64,000 nt of DNA, from the IMG/VR virus record IMGVR_UViG_3300012953_000018; one strand, 5' to 3'. The notes under the pieces were generated by a model, which saw nothing but the letters and a program-made list of their open reading frames with translations, searched no databases and had not been told where the DNA came from. Positions 36,413 to 45,774 of this stretch are shown here, piece after piece. A program made the position numbers and the translations under genes. Position 1 is the stretch's first letter. Each line of letters starts with the position of its first letter. The DNA comes from an uncultured virus (IMG/VR IMGVR_UViG_3300012953_000018). Lineage: Duplodnaviria; Heunggongvirae; Uroviricota; Caudoviricetes.

Positions 36413-36429
36413 TCTATTATAGGAAAATT

Positions 36430-36672
36430 ATGCCAAGTGTAAAACCAAGAACTCATCCAAAGAGTAAAAATGTCGAACCATTCGATAGAATGTTACGCAG
36501 ATTTAAGAAACAATGTGAAAGAGCTGGAATAGTGCAAGAGTGTCGAGATAGGCAATACCATGAAAAACCGAATCAAAAGAAGCACAAAAAAAATCAAGAG
36601 ATCACTAGACGCAGAAAGCTTGATGCAAAGAGAGCTGCACTCGCAGAGTCAAGAAGGAAATGGTTCAACTAA
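36430..36672 (+). CDS. rpsU: Ribosomal protein bS21
   Basis: [28 protein letters not shown]. Confidence 0.93.
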   Translation: MPSVKPRTHPKSKNVEPFDRMLRRFKKQCERAGIVQECRDRQYHEKPNQKKHKKNQEITRRRKLDAKRAALAESRRKWFN

Positions 36673-36673
36673 A

Positions 36674-36886
36674 ATGTCTAAGTGGCATGGCGGGAAAGGG
36701 TCTAAGAGAAGACCCGAAGACTCTAATGCATACGCAGATGCATGGGAAAGAATTTGGGGTAAACCTCTAAAGGTTAAGACACAAAAGAAAACACCTAAAC
36801 ACGGACTTACTCAAGTCCATAAAGATAAATCAAAATACAACCGTAAGGTTTCTAAGCAGGAACTACAGAAAGACGACTTCCAGTAG
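36674..36886 (+). CDS. Small basic hypothetical protein
   Basis: MSKWHGGKGSKRRP..WERIWG...HKDKSKYNRK. Confidence 0.7.
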   Translation: MSKWHGGKGSKRRPEDSNAYADAWERIWGKPLKVKTQKKTPKHGLTQVHKDKSKYNRKVSKQELQKDDFQ

Positions 36887-39113
36887 GGTCGGGATTATGT
36901 GGTGCTGGGTCTTGAATGACCTTTCTACTATTACTTACATTAACTTGTTGAACAGCATTGTTTGCCATGTTGACTGGTGGTGCTGGAGGGCCCATGTCTT
37001 TAGCCTCTTCTGCTCTATCTCTTGCATCTTTGAGTCTATCACCTTTTGCTCTCATTTCTGCCTCATCCATCTTAATGTTTTGTTCTTGACTGAACGCGTC
37101 ATCATCTGAGAAATACAAGGGGTCACTCTGTTGTTGAGCTAGATATTCTTCTTTAGTCATTCCTATTGCATCTGCTCTTATCTGATCTGATTCGTCTTCA
37201 CTTAATACTCTTGACTCAACATAGTCTTCTCTAGTACCAAGTTCCATTTCTCTTCTCATTGAAGCAGCCGATGCTTGGATTCTGAGTTCATCTCTCTCTT
37301 CTTTGGTCATTGCTTGACCACCAAATCTCTCTTCGTCTCTTGCTACCTTACTCTCAGCAAATGCCTCTGCCCTCTTCTCTCTTTCTACTGGGTCTGTAAC
37401 TTCTACACCATCAGTGGTAATATTACCAGCCATGGCAAATTTTTTCTCTCGTTCTACATCCTCATCATAATAGTCAAGAGACCTGAGTGTAGTATCAGCT
37501 TGTTCTTTCTCTTTCAATAATTGTTCTGATGATTTTGCTTGGAAAGTTGCTTCTTCTTGGATGTCTGCAAGAGCATCTTTCTCTAATTGTTTCTTGAGTT
37601 TTCTTTTCTCTCTTCTAGACTTACCTTCAAGTTCACCACTTTCTAACATTGCTTGATATTGCTCATCAGCTGATTGTTCTGCAAGTTTCTCTTGTTCTTT
37701 CTTTAAGTCTTTTGCTTTCTTCTTCTCTGCCTTTCTATCGTTAATTGCATCAAGTTCTGCTTGTTCTTCGTCACTTAATCCGAATAGTTTTTTCTTGATA
37801 CCAAGTATCTTACCTCTTACCCAATCAGATATGGATTGCCAGACATCAACAAAGAACTGAGTAAACCCTTGTATGAACCCTTTAACCTTATCGATTGCAC
37901 CACCGACCTTCTCAGAGATTGTATCTTTGATAGATTGGAAGTTCTGAACTAAGAACATTACACCCATAACTATGGCTGCAACTCCCGCTGCAATTAATAA
38001 ACCGATACCTATCATAGGGGCAGCTGCAATTAACATTGACATTGCAGACATGATAAGTCCAGCAACAAATGTAACTCCTGCCATAACTAGAGCAGGTAAG
38101 GTTGCAATAAAGGCAATTGCTTGTCTACCCATTGCCATGGCAGTTTTTGCAAGTCCTGATAAGAAGGCTGCAGACTTCACCATAAATTGTTTCGTAGCAA
38201 CTCCAAAGCTTTTTGCACCGTCTATGAATCCTTGACCCATCTCTTGCATTTTTCCACCAAAATCTTTAATTGCATTAAAGGCTTTAGCAGGCAATTCTTT
38301 TGCACCTTGTACTAAACCACCTACAAAGTTTTTAGTATTTTGTGCAAAATTTGATACACCATCTTTAATTCCATCCTTCATCCCAGTCATAGACTTACCG
38401 AAGTTTTGGAATGCTTCAGGGATACTGTTCAGGAATCTATCTTTGAAACCTTCTGATTTTTTAGTCTCACCATCAATCTCTTCCTCAGTTCCACTCCACC
38501 AGTCCTGTAATTTTTGTCCGAAGTTAATTTCATTACCAGTGAAGATTTTAGTTGTTTTTGCAACGGCAGTGTTTGCAAGTTTGAATGGAGTTGCAAGAAG
38601 AGTCCCTACAGCTTTAACTTTGTCTGCACCGTCTTCTGCAAATTGACCTAAGTCAATCAGTCCACCAGTAAGTTCTTTGATGGCACCTGATGCACCACTA
38701 AGATTCTTACCGAATCCTACTTCAAATTCTACTAGAGATTTAGAAAGATTATCGAAAGGTTCAAAGATTAGTTGACTTATTTTATCGGGATTAACCTTGA
38801 TACTCTTATATTCTGATTTGAGTTCATCTACAGTTACACCCAAGTTATTGGCAGTTTCAAGTAGCATTACTTCCTCTGCAGCTTGTACTTTCTTTTTCTT
38901 ATCGATTGCCGATTTAACACTTGCCATCTCAATGGCTTCCTGTTTCTTTCGGAAATTGAAAGCTTTTCTTAGGTTAGTCATCTCATCACCAAGAATGTTT
39001 TCTCTTTTTCTTTGCTGCTCCTCGGTAGTTGCAGTCATTCTCTTTGTAAGAGCTGCGAGTTTACTTTCTTCTTGTTCGACTTCCTTTTCTGCTTTGGACT
39101 TTTTGTCTGCCAT
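36852..39113 (-). CDS. Tail tape measure-like protein (gp29 equivalent)
   Basis: 753 aa, helical, central hydrophobic Ala/Gly-rich TM block, downstream of gp26/gp51. Confidence 0.7.
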   Translation of the reverse strand: MADKKSKAEKEVEQEESKLAALTKRMTATTEEQQRKRENILGDEMTNLRKAFNFRKKQEAIEMASVKSAIDKKKKVQAAEEVMLLETANNLGVTVDELKSEYKSIKVNPDKISQLIFEPFDNLSKSLVEFEVGFGKNLSGASGAIKELTGGLIDLGQFAEDGADKVKAVGTLLATPFKLANTAVAKTTKIFTGNEINFGQKLQDWWSGTEEEIDGETKKSEGFKDRFLNSIPEAFQNFGKSMTGMKDGIKDGVSNFAQNTKNFVGGLVQGAKELPAKAFNAIKDFGGKMQEMGQGFIDGAKSFGVATKQFMVKSAAFLSGLAKTAMAMGRQAIAFIATLPALVMAGVTFVAGLIMSAMSMLIAAAPMIGIGLLIAAGVAAIVMGVMFLVQNFQSIKDTISEKVGGAIDKVKGFIQGFTQFFVDVWQSISDWVRGKILGIKKKLFGLSDEEQAELDAINDRKAEKKKAKDLKKEQEKLAEQSADEQYQAMLESGELEGKSRREKRKLKKQLEKDALADIQEEATFQAKSSEQLLKEKEQADTTLRSLDYYDEDVEREKKFAMAGNITTDGVEVTDPVEREKRAEAFAESKVARDEERFGGQAMTKEERDELRIQASAASMRREMELGTREDYVESRVLSEDESDQIRADAIGMTKEEYLAQQQSDPLYFSDDDAFSQEQNIKMDEAEMRAKGDRLKDARDRAEEAKDMGPPAPPVNMANNAVQQVNVSNSRKVIQDPAPHNPDPTGSRLSVVPA

Positions 39114-39119
39114 AGTTTA

Positions 39120-39326
39120 CTACTCTTGCAATAATACTTCTTCTTGGACTGATTCGACTTTTTCGATTTCTTCTTTCCAAGCTGCTACTGCTCTATCATA
39201 AGATGCTTTTGCACTCTCATATTGATAGTCTTCCAGTTCATCCTTATTAGGTTCAACTGGAGGATTGTTCTTAAGCTCAGCAAGATGCTCATCTGATGTC
39301 ATATCTAATTTAACTTCTTCTGCCAT
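39120..39326 (-). CDS. Acidic hypothetical protein
   Basis: In operon; purine-rich SD-like AGGGG. Confidence 0.65.
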   Translation of the reverse strand: MAEEVKLDMTSDEHLAELKNNPPVEPNKDELEDYQYESAKASYDRAVAAWKEEIEKVESVQEEVLLQE

Positions 39327-39335
39327 TTTTTTCCC

Positions 39336-39722
39336 CTATTTTTTGTTGTTGTCTGAATCATGCTCTTTGGCTGCACTGTTAACATACAGTCCAAACCAAG
39401 CAGCTCCTGCTCCAACAAGGATTGAAATCAATCCTGATTGTTCCATGGTCGGTGCCTCTAAGTCGAGGAACCACATAACTACAAAGTAAATTAAGAATAT
39501 GTAAACACTTAAAAATGCTCTTGGCCATATTCTCCATGCATCTACTGCCTTTGCAAGAAATATCCATTTCTGCCAAGGGTTCTTTTTGTCGTCATGTTCT
39601 AACTCAAAAATTTTCTGTTTGAGATCGTTGTTTTCAGTGACCATCTCCATAAACTTGCTTAAGTCTATTTCGACTTCGTTTCTACTCATGTCACCTGAGA
39701 ATCTTTCTCTACTCTCACTCAT
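39336..39722 (-). CDS. Two-TM membrane protein
   Basis: AVDAWRIWPR..., PTMEQSGLISILVGAGAAWFGLY; SD AGGAG. Confidence 0.75.
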   Translation of the reverse strand: MSESRERFSGDMSRNEVEIDLSKFMEMVTENNDLKQKIFELEHDDKKNPWQKWIFLAKAVDAWRIWPRAFLSVYIFLIYFVVMWFLDLEAPTMEQSGLISILVGAGAAWFGLYVNSAAKEHDSDNNKK

Positions 39723-39731
39723 TTCGTACTC

Positions 39732-39926
39732 CTATCTTCTAGATTGTTGGCGGATGCGTTCTTTTTCACGCTCCTCTTCTAGATGTTGAAGTAACAGCTT
39801 TATGTAAATCTCCCTTTCCCACGGCATCATATTATCTAATTCGTTTAACGAATAATTATGATGTTGCATCATCTGAAAGTTCGTATTATAATAGTTTAAT
39901 AAACTATCGTGTGAAAGGGCTACTAG
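39732..39926 (-). CDS. 51: gp51-like baseplate hub assembly ORF, probably reached by -1 frameshift from gp26 (first ATG at 39872)
   Basis: Hand translation LVALSHDSLLNYYNTNFQMMQHHNYSLNELDNMMPWEREIYIKLL...; not in ORF track. Confidence 0.8.
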   Translation of the reverse strand, partial: LVALSHDSLLNYYNTNFQMMQHHNYSLNELDNMMPWEREIYIKLLLQHLEEEREKERIRQQSRR

Positions 39927-40624
39927 AAAAAAGAGTTTAATCCTCTTACTGTAGTCTTAATATCCTTACCACATGTGGTACATACACTTTCAACTTCCTT
40001 TTGAAGACTTGGAATACCATTAAAGAATTCTGTTATCTTCTCCAGTTGTTGCATAGTGAGTTCCTCTACAAACTCATTCAATTCATTTGTTGAAGCATCT
40101 GCTGCTGGGTAAACATTCTCTTCGTCAAATATATTCACAATGCTATTTTTAAGCATAGTTAAGGTTTGAGTTGCTTGGTCTTTACCTTGAACATCGGATA
40201 TATCCGATACTCTTGGATACCTCAACTCTACACCTATTTCATCATTAATCATAATTTTTGTTTCAGGAGCTTCTCCTACTACTTCCACATCATCTAAATT
40301 AACGACTGCTTCCCCTGTTCCGTCACACTTAGGGTCATTGCAAGTCACTCTAATGTTTGCAGTTTCACCTACAGATTTACTTCTGATTTTAAGGAATAGA
40401 TATTCCATATCAATCACAGGTAACCTTTGAGGTTTAACTTCACCGTCAGTTACACTTCCGATGAGGTCTTGCACTGCTTTAAACATTGCTTCGTCATTCT
40501 CTTGTTCCTGAGCAAGTAATAATACTTTCTGCTCTTTTACAAGGAAGGGACGATATTCAACTTCTCTTCCGTCACTAGGAAGTACACATTTATACTTCGG
40601 TGACGATTGCTTTGGTAAAGCCAT
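39923..40624 (-). CDS. 26: Baseplate hub assembly protein gp26
   Basis: MALPK, YRPFLVKEQKVLL, DMEYLFLKIRSKSVGE, CxxxxC/CxxC, GLNSFF. Confidence 0.92.
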   Translation of the reverse strand: MALPKQSSPKYKCVLPSDGREVEYRPFLVKEQKVLLLAQEQENDEAMFKAVQDLIGSVTDGEVKPQRLPVIDMEYLFLKIRSKSVGETANIRVTCNDPKCDGTGEAVVNLDDVEVVGEAPETKIMINDEIGVELRYPRVSDISDVQGKDQATQTLTMLKNSIVNIFDEENVYPAADASTNELNEFVEELTMQQLEKITEFFNGIPSLQKEVESVCTTCGKDIKTTVRGLNSFF

Positions 40625-40646
40625 AATATATTTCCTCTATGAGGTG

Positions 40647-41468
40647 TTAACCACCTCGTCTTTTATCAGTAATGTATTCAGAACCTACTCCTAGGTCTCT
40701 TCCTATATTACTAGCTCTAGTGATTGCAGTATCATAACTTCCTAGTTTTCTACCTAAATCACCAAGCTTACTATTAAACCTTCCAGCAACCTTGAGTCCT
40801 TCAAGGACAGCATCGAAGATTTTCCTTCCTTTATTTAGTCCACTCACAGAAAAGTTTCCGTCCATGGGCTGATTCATATTAACATCTGTACTCATGGCAT
40901 TGTATTCTGATTCCCAGTTTCTATATGTTAATGTAAATTGAAATTGTAATGGTGCATTTTCTGTGTCCATCGATAGTTCGATGGCTGCAATATTTGATGG
41001 ATAACAATCCTTGATGGTATATGTTATCGATGGAGTTCCGTCTTTTCTTAATACATGAATAAGACATTCTCCGATATATTTTTCGTAGAATCTGAACACT
41101 TGAGCATCACCCTTCTTCATCTCAGTTCTAGTAGCGACATCTGCAGTGTGAATATAGTTTTGCCATGCTTCTATAATCATTCTATCCATGAAGTTTGCAT
41201 CACAAATATATGTGAATTCTAATTCGTTACCGTAATCAACTTCACCGTTAGGAAGATATCGGTGTCTCATATGTGCTACAGTTCCTAATGACTTGCCTGG
41301 CAGTGATGCATTTTGACATAAGATCGTAAGGTTATCACTACCCAATCCAGCAAAGGGTTCAGGTAATCTAGTGAATTCAACTACGAATCTGTTTGCTTGT
41401 AATGGTTGTCCTATCCTCGATTTTAATAAATCGATACCGTCTTTTCCTGTTCTTACTTCTGATGCCAT
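40647..41468 (-). CDS. Tail tube-like protein (gp54/gp19 family, tube initiator)
   Basis: ANRFVVEF, LCQNASLPG, EAWQNYI, CYPSNIAAIELS, FTLTYRNW. Confidence 0.75.
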   Translation of the reverse strand: MASEVRTGKDGIDLLKSRIGQPLQANRFVVEFTRLPEPFAGLGSDNLTILCQNASLPGKSLGTVAHMRHRYLPNGEVDYGNELEFTYICDANFMDRMIIEAWQNYIHTADVATRTEMKKGDAQVFRFYEKYIGECLIHVLRKDGTPSITYTIKDCYPSNIAAIELSMDTENAPLQFQFTLTYRNWESEYNAMSTDVNMNQPMDGNFSVSGLNKGRKIFDAVLEGLKVAGRFNSKLGDLGRKLGSYDTAITRASNIGRDLGVGSEYITDKRRGG

Positions 41469-42049
41469 TATACTTTCCTAATACTCTTTCTATAAATGTC
41501 GTTTGCATTGGTGGTTGTACCTTTTGAAATGAATCTTTGACTGGGTAACATCACAGCCATGTCCATATGTTCAGGTCTAACCTCTACTATTCTACTATCA
41601 ATATATGAATACTGATATTGTTTGATACAAGGTTTTGCCCACCTTAGTTTACTTACACTTTTTATAGTTGGATACTTAATTTGGAAGTATGATTCATCTT
41701 CGATTTCTCTATAGAATTCATACAAACCATCCATCAATAAAGCTCGATATTTTGGTGATAGGTAATGTAAATTAACACCCATAAAACCAGTGGAATATCT
41801 TTTCAAACATATAGTAATAGGGAAGTAATCATAATACTTTAACTTATCTTTGGTTTTTGCATCGTACATAAACATGTACATTTTACCTAGCTCAAACCTA
41901 GTGACAAAGTTTTGATTTTCCTTTAGTAAAGAAGAGGGCACTCTTCTTATATCTCTTACATTTGTTTGAAACCATTGAAGAGAATCTATACTTCTAGATT
42001 CTATCTCTTCGGGTCTTTGACCAACTATATCTGTAAATAGACTTGCCAT
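41468..42049 (-). CDS. 2: DNA end protector gp2
   Basis: GKMYMFMYDAKTKDKLKYYDYFP, GFMGVNLHYL, KPCIKQY. Confidence 0.92.
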   Translation of the reverse strand: MASLFTDIVGQRPEEIESRSIDSLQWFQTNVRDIRRVPSSLLKENQNFVTRFELGKMYMFMYDAKTKDKLKYYDYFPITICLKRYSTGFMGVNLHYLSPKYRALLMDGLYEFYREIEDESYFQIKYPTIKSVSKLRWAKPCIKQYQYSYIDSRIVEVRPEHMDMAVMLPSQRFISKGTTTNANDIYRKSIRKV

Positions 42050-42055
42050 TGTCTA

Positions 42056-42910
42056 TTATTTATGATAATTATTATACAAAGTGAAGTTTTCTTTTTGAAT
42101 TAATTTTTTCGATGGATGAAAATCCATCATGTGTCTTAAGTCTTCTTTACCAAGATGTCCAACAATCCCTATCCCGTTTCCCTCGTATGTTCCATGAAAG
42201 AACATAGGATATAGTTCACGGTCACATGTTCCCTCTAAGATAGGTGGGTTACCACCGAAGGCTTCTATTGTTCCATGGATTACTTTATAGAGTTCATCTC
42301 TTTCTTCACCTACATGCATTTCAATACGGTTGTCATCTAACTTGACTGCAAACAAAGCCTTATCTTCATGGTGACAATAGAGTCTATACCATTCGTTAAA
42401 AGTCATCTGAGGAAAGTCTAGTAGTCTATCTTCAACATCCCATACTACAAACTCCTCGTTGCAATCAGTATATTCTATTGCATAAACACGGAACTGGCCT
42501 GGGTGGCAGAACCATTTACTCTTCTTTAGGTATGCTTGAGGTACAGAGTAAAGACCAGTGGTCTGAATGTAATGGACTAACCATTGTATTTTATTTGCAT
42601 GAAAGAACATGTTGTTATCATGTCCACCCATCCATGCACTCCATTCCATATGAGATGATTTCATACTGGGTGTTTTAGTATTACCACCATTTAACCATGC
42701 CCATCCATAAGAGTCTAGGATATGCATCTTACCATGTTCTTTATATGGTTTGATATGATCTACAAGATTGTAATCGACTGCATCGTTAAAGGATAGTAAC
42801 TTTGGTTTGACAGGCATACTCTGAAACCATTCGTATAATAGAGCTTCATTTATATGGTCTCTCTTATACCCATTCATCCCATCATTTAACATCAATCTTT
42901 CTTCTTGCAT
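42056..42910 (-). CDS. Hypothetical protein
   Basis: 284-aa ORF coupled (TAATG) to kdsB. Confidence 0.7.
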   Translation of the reverse strand: MQEERLMLNDGMNGYKRDHINEALLYEWFQSMPVKPKLLSFNDAVDYNLVDHIKPYKEHGKMHILDSYGWAWLNGGNTKTPSMKSSHMEWSAWMGGHDNNMFFHANKIQWLVHYIQTTGLYSVPQAYLKKSKWFCHPGQFRVYAIEYTDCNEEFVVWDVEDRLLDFPQMTFNEWYRLYCHHEDKALFAVKLDDNRIEMHVGEERDELYKVIHGTIEAFGGNPPILEGTCDRELYPMFFHGTYEGNGIGIVGHLGKEDLRHMMDFHPSKKLIQKENFTLYNNYHK

Positions 42911-43659
42911 TAGTGATACTCTCCTAATTTTAACTCAACCAGCTTTACATCGTGAGGTGTGTCTACGGAAAGACCGTCATCTTCTACCTTAACCATCTTT
43001 ACCGTATATCCATTTTCAAGATATCTTAACATCTCAACATTTTCTTTCTCTTCATTCTCACCCACGGTAAGTGTAGGAAAGACTGATAACATATCTCTAC
43101 TGAATGCATACAATCCCATTTGTTGATACTCAGATATTGGTAATCTAGAGTAATGCATTGCATGTCTATTCTTATCTAATGTAACCTTTACAACATTCTT
43201 GTCCGTTAACTTATACTCTTGGTCTATATCGACATATGCATTTGCAACACCTATGCCCCAACCATATTGTTCTATTAAAGTATCTATTGCATCAGGATTT
43301 ATCAGAGGTTCATCACCCTGAATGTTTACAAAGAGTCTACCATCTAACATATTCAATGCAGCTGCACAGCGGTCAGTTCCACTTCTAGCTGACTCATCGA
43401 TAACTATGCATCTCATTTCCTGAGATGAACAATAATTAGAAATTCTTTCATCATCCGTCAGGACAACAACTGTATCAAGATACTTTGCCATGCAAGCTCT
43501 ATCATATACCCGTTTAATCATAGGTATACCTGATATGTTTACAAGTGGTTTACCTTCAAATCTTGTTGAAGCCCATCGTGCTGGAATTAAACCGACAACT
43601 AAATCAGATTCGTTATCGACTTCAGCGTATTTTCGCATTTCAAATCTCCAAATCCCCAT
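42910..43659 (-). CDS. kdsB: CMP-Kdo synthetase-like cytidylyltransferase
   Basis: IPARWASTRFEGKPL, SGTDRC, NIQGDEP, NVVKV, YSRLPI, EMLRYLENG, SVDTP. Confidence 0.9.
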   Translation of the reverse strand: MGIWRFEMRKYAEVDNESDLVVGLIPARWASTRFEGKPLVNISGIPMIKRVYDRACMAKYLDTVVVLTDDERISNYCSSQEMRCIVIDESARSGTDRCAAALNMLDGRLFVNIQGDEPLINPDAIDTLIEQYGWGIGVANAYVDIDQEYKLTDKNVVKVTLDKNRHAMHYSRLPISEYQQMGLYAFSRDMLSVFPTLTVGENEEKENVEMLRYLENGYTVKMVKVEDDGLSVDTPHDVKLVELKLGEYH

Positions 43660-44189
43660 GATGCATATTCAAATCTTACCCCTGCTCTCTCTGCAGCCTG
43701 TTGGTCGTATATCATATCACCAATATAGACTGTATCTGATGGGTCAGTGTTCAGGGTTGCCATGGTATAAAGTAATTGGTCAGGAGCTGGTTTACCTCTC
43801 ATTCCAGCACAGGGACATGAGATGTAATCGAACTTAGGTAACTTATATTCTAGTAGTGAAACGGTATCTCTTGCTTTAGATGTGCATAATGCTATCTTAT
43901 TGCCGTTATCTTTTAGGGTATTGAGGGTGTCTAGTACCCCATCATACAATGGAATTGCGTCTAAACTCATCCTTGAGTATGTTCTGTAGGTGTCATATAT
44001 CTCTAAATGTTGTTTTTCGAGACCAAGACACCTCATTATCTCAACAAATGGTTTCCCTATTTGTTCTTTATAGTCTGAAAACGGATTTTTTACTTCGTGT
44101 TTTACTTTTACGGCTGTCCATGCAGCCTCCATGTTGGGTAAAGAGTCGATCAAGACTCCATCCAAGTCAAATACAAATAATTTTGTCAT
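43599..44189 (-). CDS. HAD-IA phosphatase (phosphoglycolate phosphatase-like)
   Basis: FDLDGVLIDS, CTSK, KPAPD, YIGD..D. Confidence 0.9.
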   Translation of the reverse strand: MTKLFVFDLDGVLIDSLPNMEAAWTAVKVKHEVKNPFSDYKEQIGKPFVEIMRCLGLEKQHLEIYDTYRTYSRMSLDAIPLYDGVLDTLNTLKDNGNKIALCTSKARDTVSLLEYKLPKFDYISCPCAGMRGKPAPDQLLYTMATLNTDPSDTVYIGDMIYDQQAAERAGVRFEYASWGFGDLKCENTLKSITNLI

Positions 44190-44635
44190 TTTTTACCTTT
44201 TTTTGGGACTAAGTGGTCTTCGGTTAGTATCCTAAAGCCCATTTTTCTATCTTCACAGTATTCACCAGCAGCTTTGAACTTTGCTTGGTTTACTATATAT
44301 GTCAGAACTTTTGCTTTGTACTTCTTTGTGACTCGTTTGGGTTCTTTCGGAGGGAAACATTGGGCCTTTGGTTTAACTTCAATGATTTCTCTTAAGACTT
44401 CACCCCTTGAATTACGATATTTGATGTAGAAGTCAGGAAAGTAACGATGAACTTTTCTATCTACAGGCGAACGGTAAGGAATGATGATTTCTTCACTTCC
44501 CCATTCAATAATATTCGGGTTGTTGTCGCAGTATACCATGAATCTTCGTTCCCAAAGAGACCTGTAATATATCTTTGTAGGGTCACCCTTATATTTTTTG
44601 TAATTCTTCGGTTTAAACTTACCACTGTATGACAT
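44186..44635 (-). CDS. 4: Head completion protein gp4
   Basis: YSGKFKPKN..KYKGDPT.I.YRSLWE, WGSEE, HRYFPDF, EVKP, NQAKF.AA. Confidence 0.95.
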   Translation of the reverse strand: MSYSGKFKPKNYKKYKGDPTKIYYRSLWERRFMVYCDNNPNIIEWGSEEIIIPYRSPVDRKVHRYFPDFYIKYRNSRGEVLREIIEVKPKAQCFPPKEPKRVTKKYKAKVLTYIVNQAKFKAAGEYCEDRKMGFRILTEDHLVPKKGKK

Positions 44636-44671
44636 AAATAGAATAAAAGACCTTTAGTTAGGAATATTTAT

Positions 44672-45772
44672 ATGCCAAGTATCAACAAATTATTAGACAA
44701 AATCAACCAAGCATCTCAAGCCGTAAAATCAGTTAAAGGGATTAAATCCAAACTTGAAAGTATAGGTTACAAAGGAGGTGTCAATACAGAAGAGGTCGAC
44801 AAACTCCAAGCACAAGCAGAAGAAGGAAGAAGGAAACTAGAACAAAGAAGAGCAACCTTACAGAAAAGTTTAGACAGTGCAACCAAGTCAAAAGGAAAAG
44901 CAAAAAGAGCTCCATCAGGAGGACACAGAGATTTACAATATCCTTTAGATGGTGATATCGATAACTTCATGTTATTTACTACTCGTTTGAGAAAGAAAAG
45001 AACAAGTGGTGGAAACTTAATTTCAGATACACCAGTTACGATTGCATTACCATTGCCTGAGGGTGGATGGAATCAAGAATCTAAAGTAACATACAAGACT
45101 GAAAGTATAGGTGCATTTGCAAGAGGGGTATCAGGTGCAATTCAAGGTGGTGAAGACGCAGGTGGGGTATTTGAAGAAGCAGTAAACGCTGGAAAAGGAT
45201 TTATTCAAAATGCAATTGGTTCGATGGGGTCAGGTGTAGGTAACCTTCGTGCTGGACGAGCAGTCAACCCTATGGAAGAACAACTATTAGAAGGTATAGA
45301 CTTTAGAACACATTCATTTGCATGGGATATGTATCCAAGATCAGAAAAAGAAGCAATCATGGTTCAACAAATCATTCATGCATTCAGAGTTGCAATGTTA
45401 CCCGACACATTTGCAGCTGGTGATGGAGAGGATTCAGAAAACACTACTGAAAACTTCTTTAACTATCCGAATGTATTTGAGGTAGAGATAGAAGGCCCAG
45501 TTTCAAAACAAATAGAAAGATTCTTACCCATGGTTTGTACAGGTGTCACAGTAACACCACTTGAGAATCCCGACTTTATGTTAGCAAGTGAAAACGATGA
45601 TGAGTTCTATTCAGGTTTTACAAAAATTTCATGTGAATTTACAGAGATTAAAGTTATGTCTCAAGAAGTTTATGAATCTAGAGTTGCTCCTGAAAAAGTT
45701 CAAGGCAGATTAGGTAGTATAAGTGATGAGAGTGGTTCACCTAGTATTCTTGACTCATCCACTGGAGGATAA
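44672..45772 (+). CDS. 48: Baseplate tail tube cap gp48-like
   Basis: LQYPLD, IALPLP, NP.EEQL.EGIDFRTHSF.W.MYPRSEKEA, FNYPNVF, FTEI. Confidence 0.82.
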   Translation: MPSINKLLDKINQASQAVKSVKGIKSKLESIGYKGGVNTEEVDKLQAQAEEGRRKLEQRRATLQKSLDSATKSKGKAKRAPSGGHRDLQYPLDGDIDNFMLFTTRLRKKRTSGGNLISDTPVTIALPLPEGGWNQESKVTYKTESIGAFARGVSGAIQGGEDAGGVFEEAVNAGKGFIQNAIGSMGSGVGNLRAGRAVNPMEEQLLEGIDFRTHSFAWDMYPRSEKEAIMVQQIIHAFRVAMLPDTFAAGDGEDSENTTENFFNYPNVFEVEIEGPVSKQIERFLPMVCTGVTVTPLENPDFMLASENDDEFYSGFTKISCEFTEIKVMSQEVYESRVAPEKVQGRLGSISDESGSPSILDSSTGG

Positions 45773-45774
45773 TA

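Noticed and set aside
36260..36442. 60-aa track ORF between gp32 and rpsU
   Set aside because: No SD, atypical GC content and codons; better explained by RNA structure
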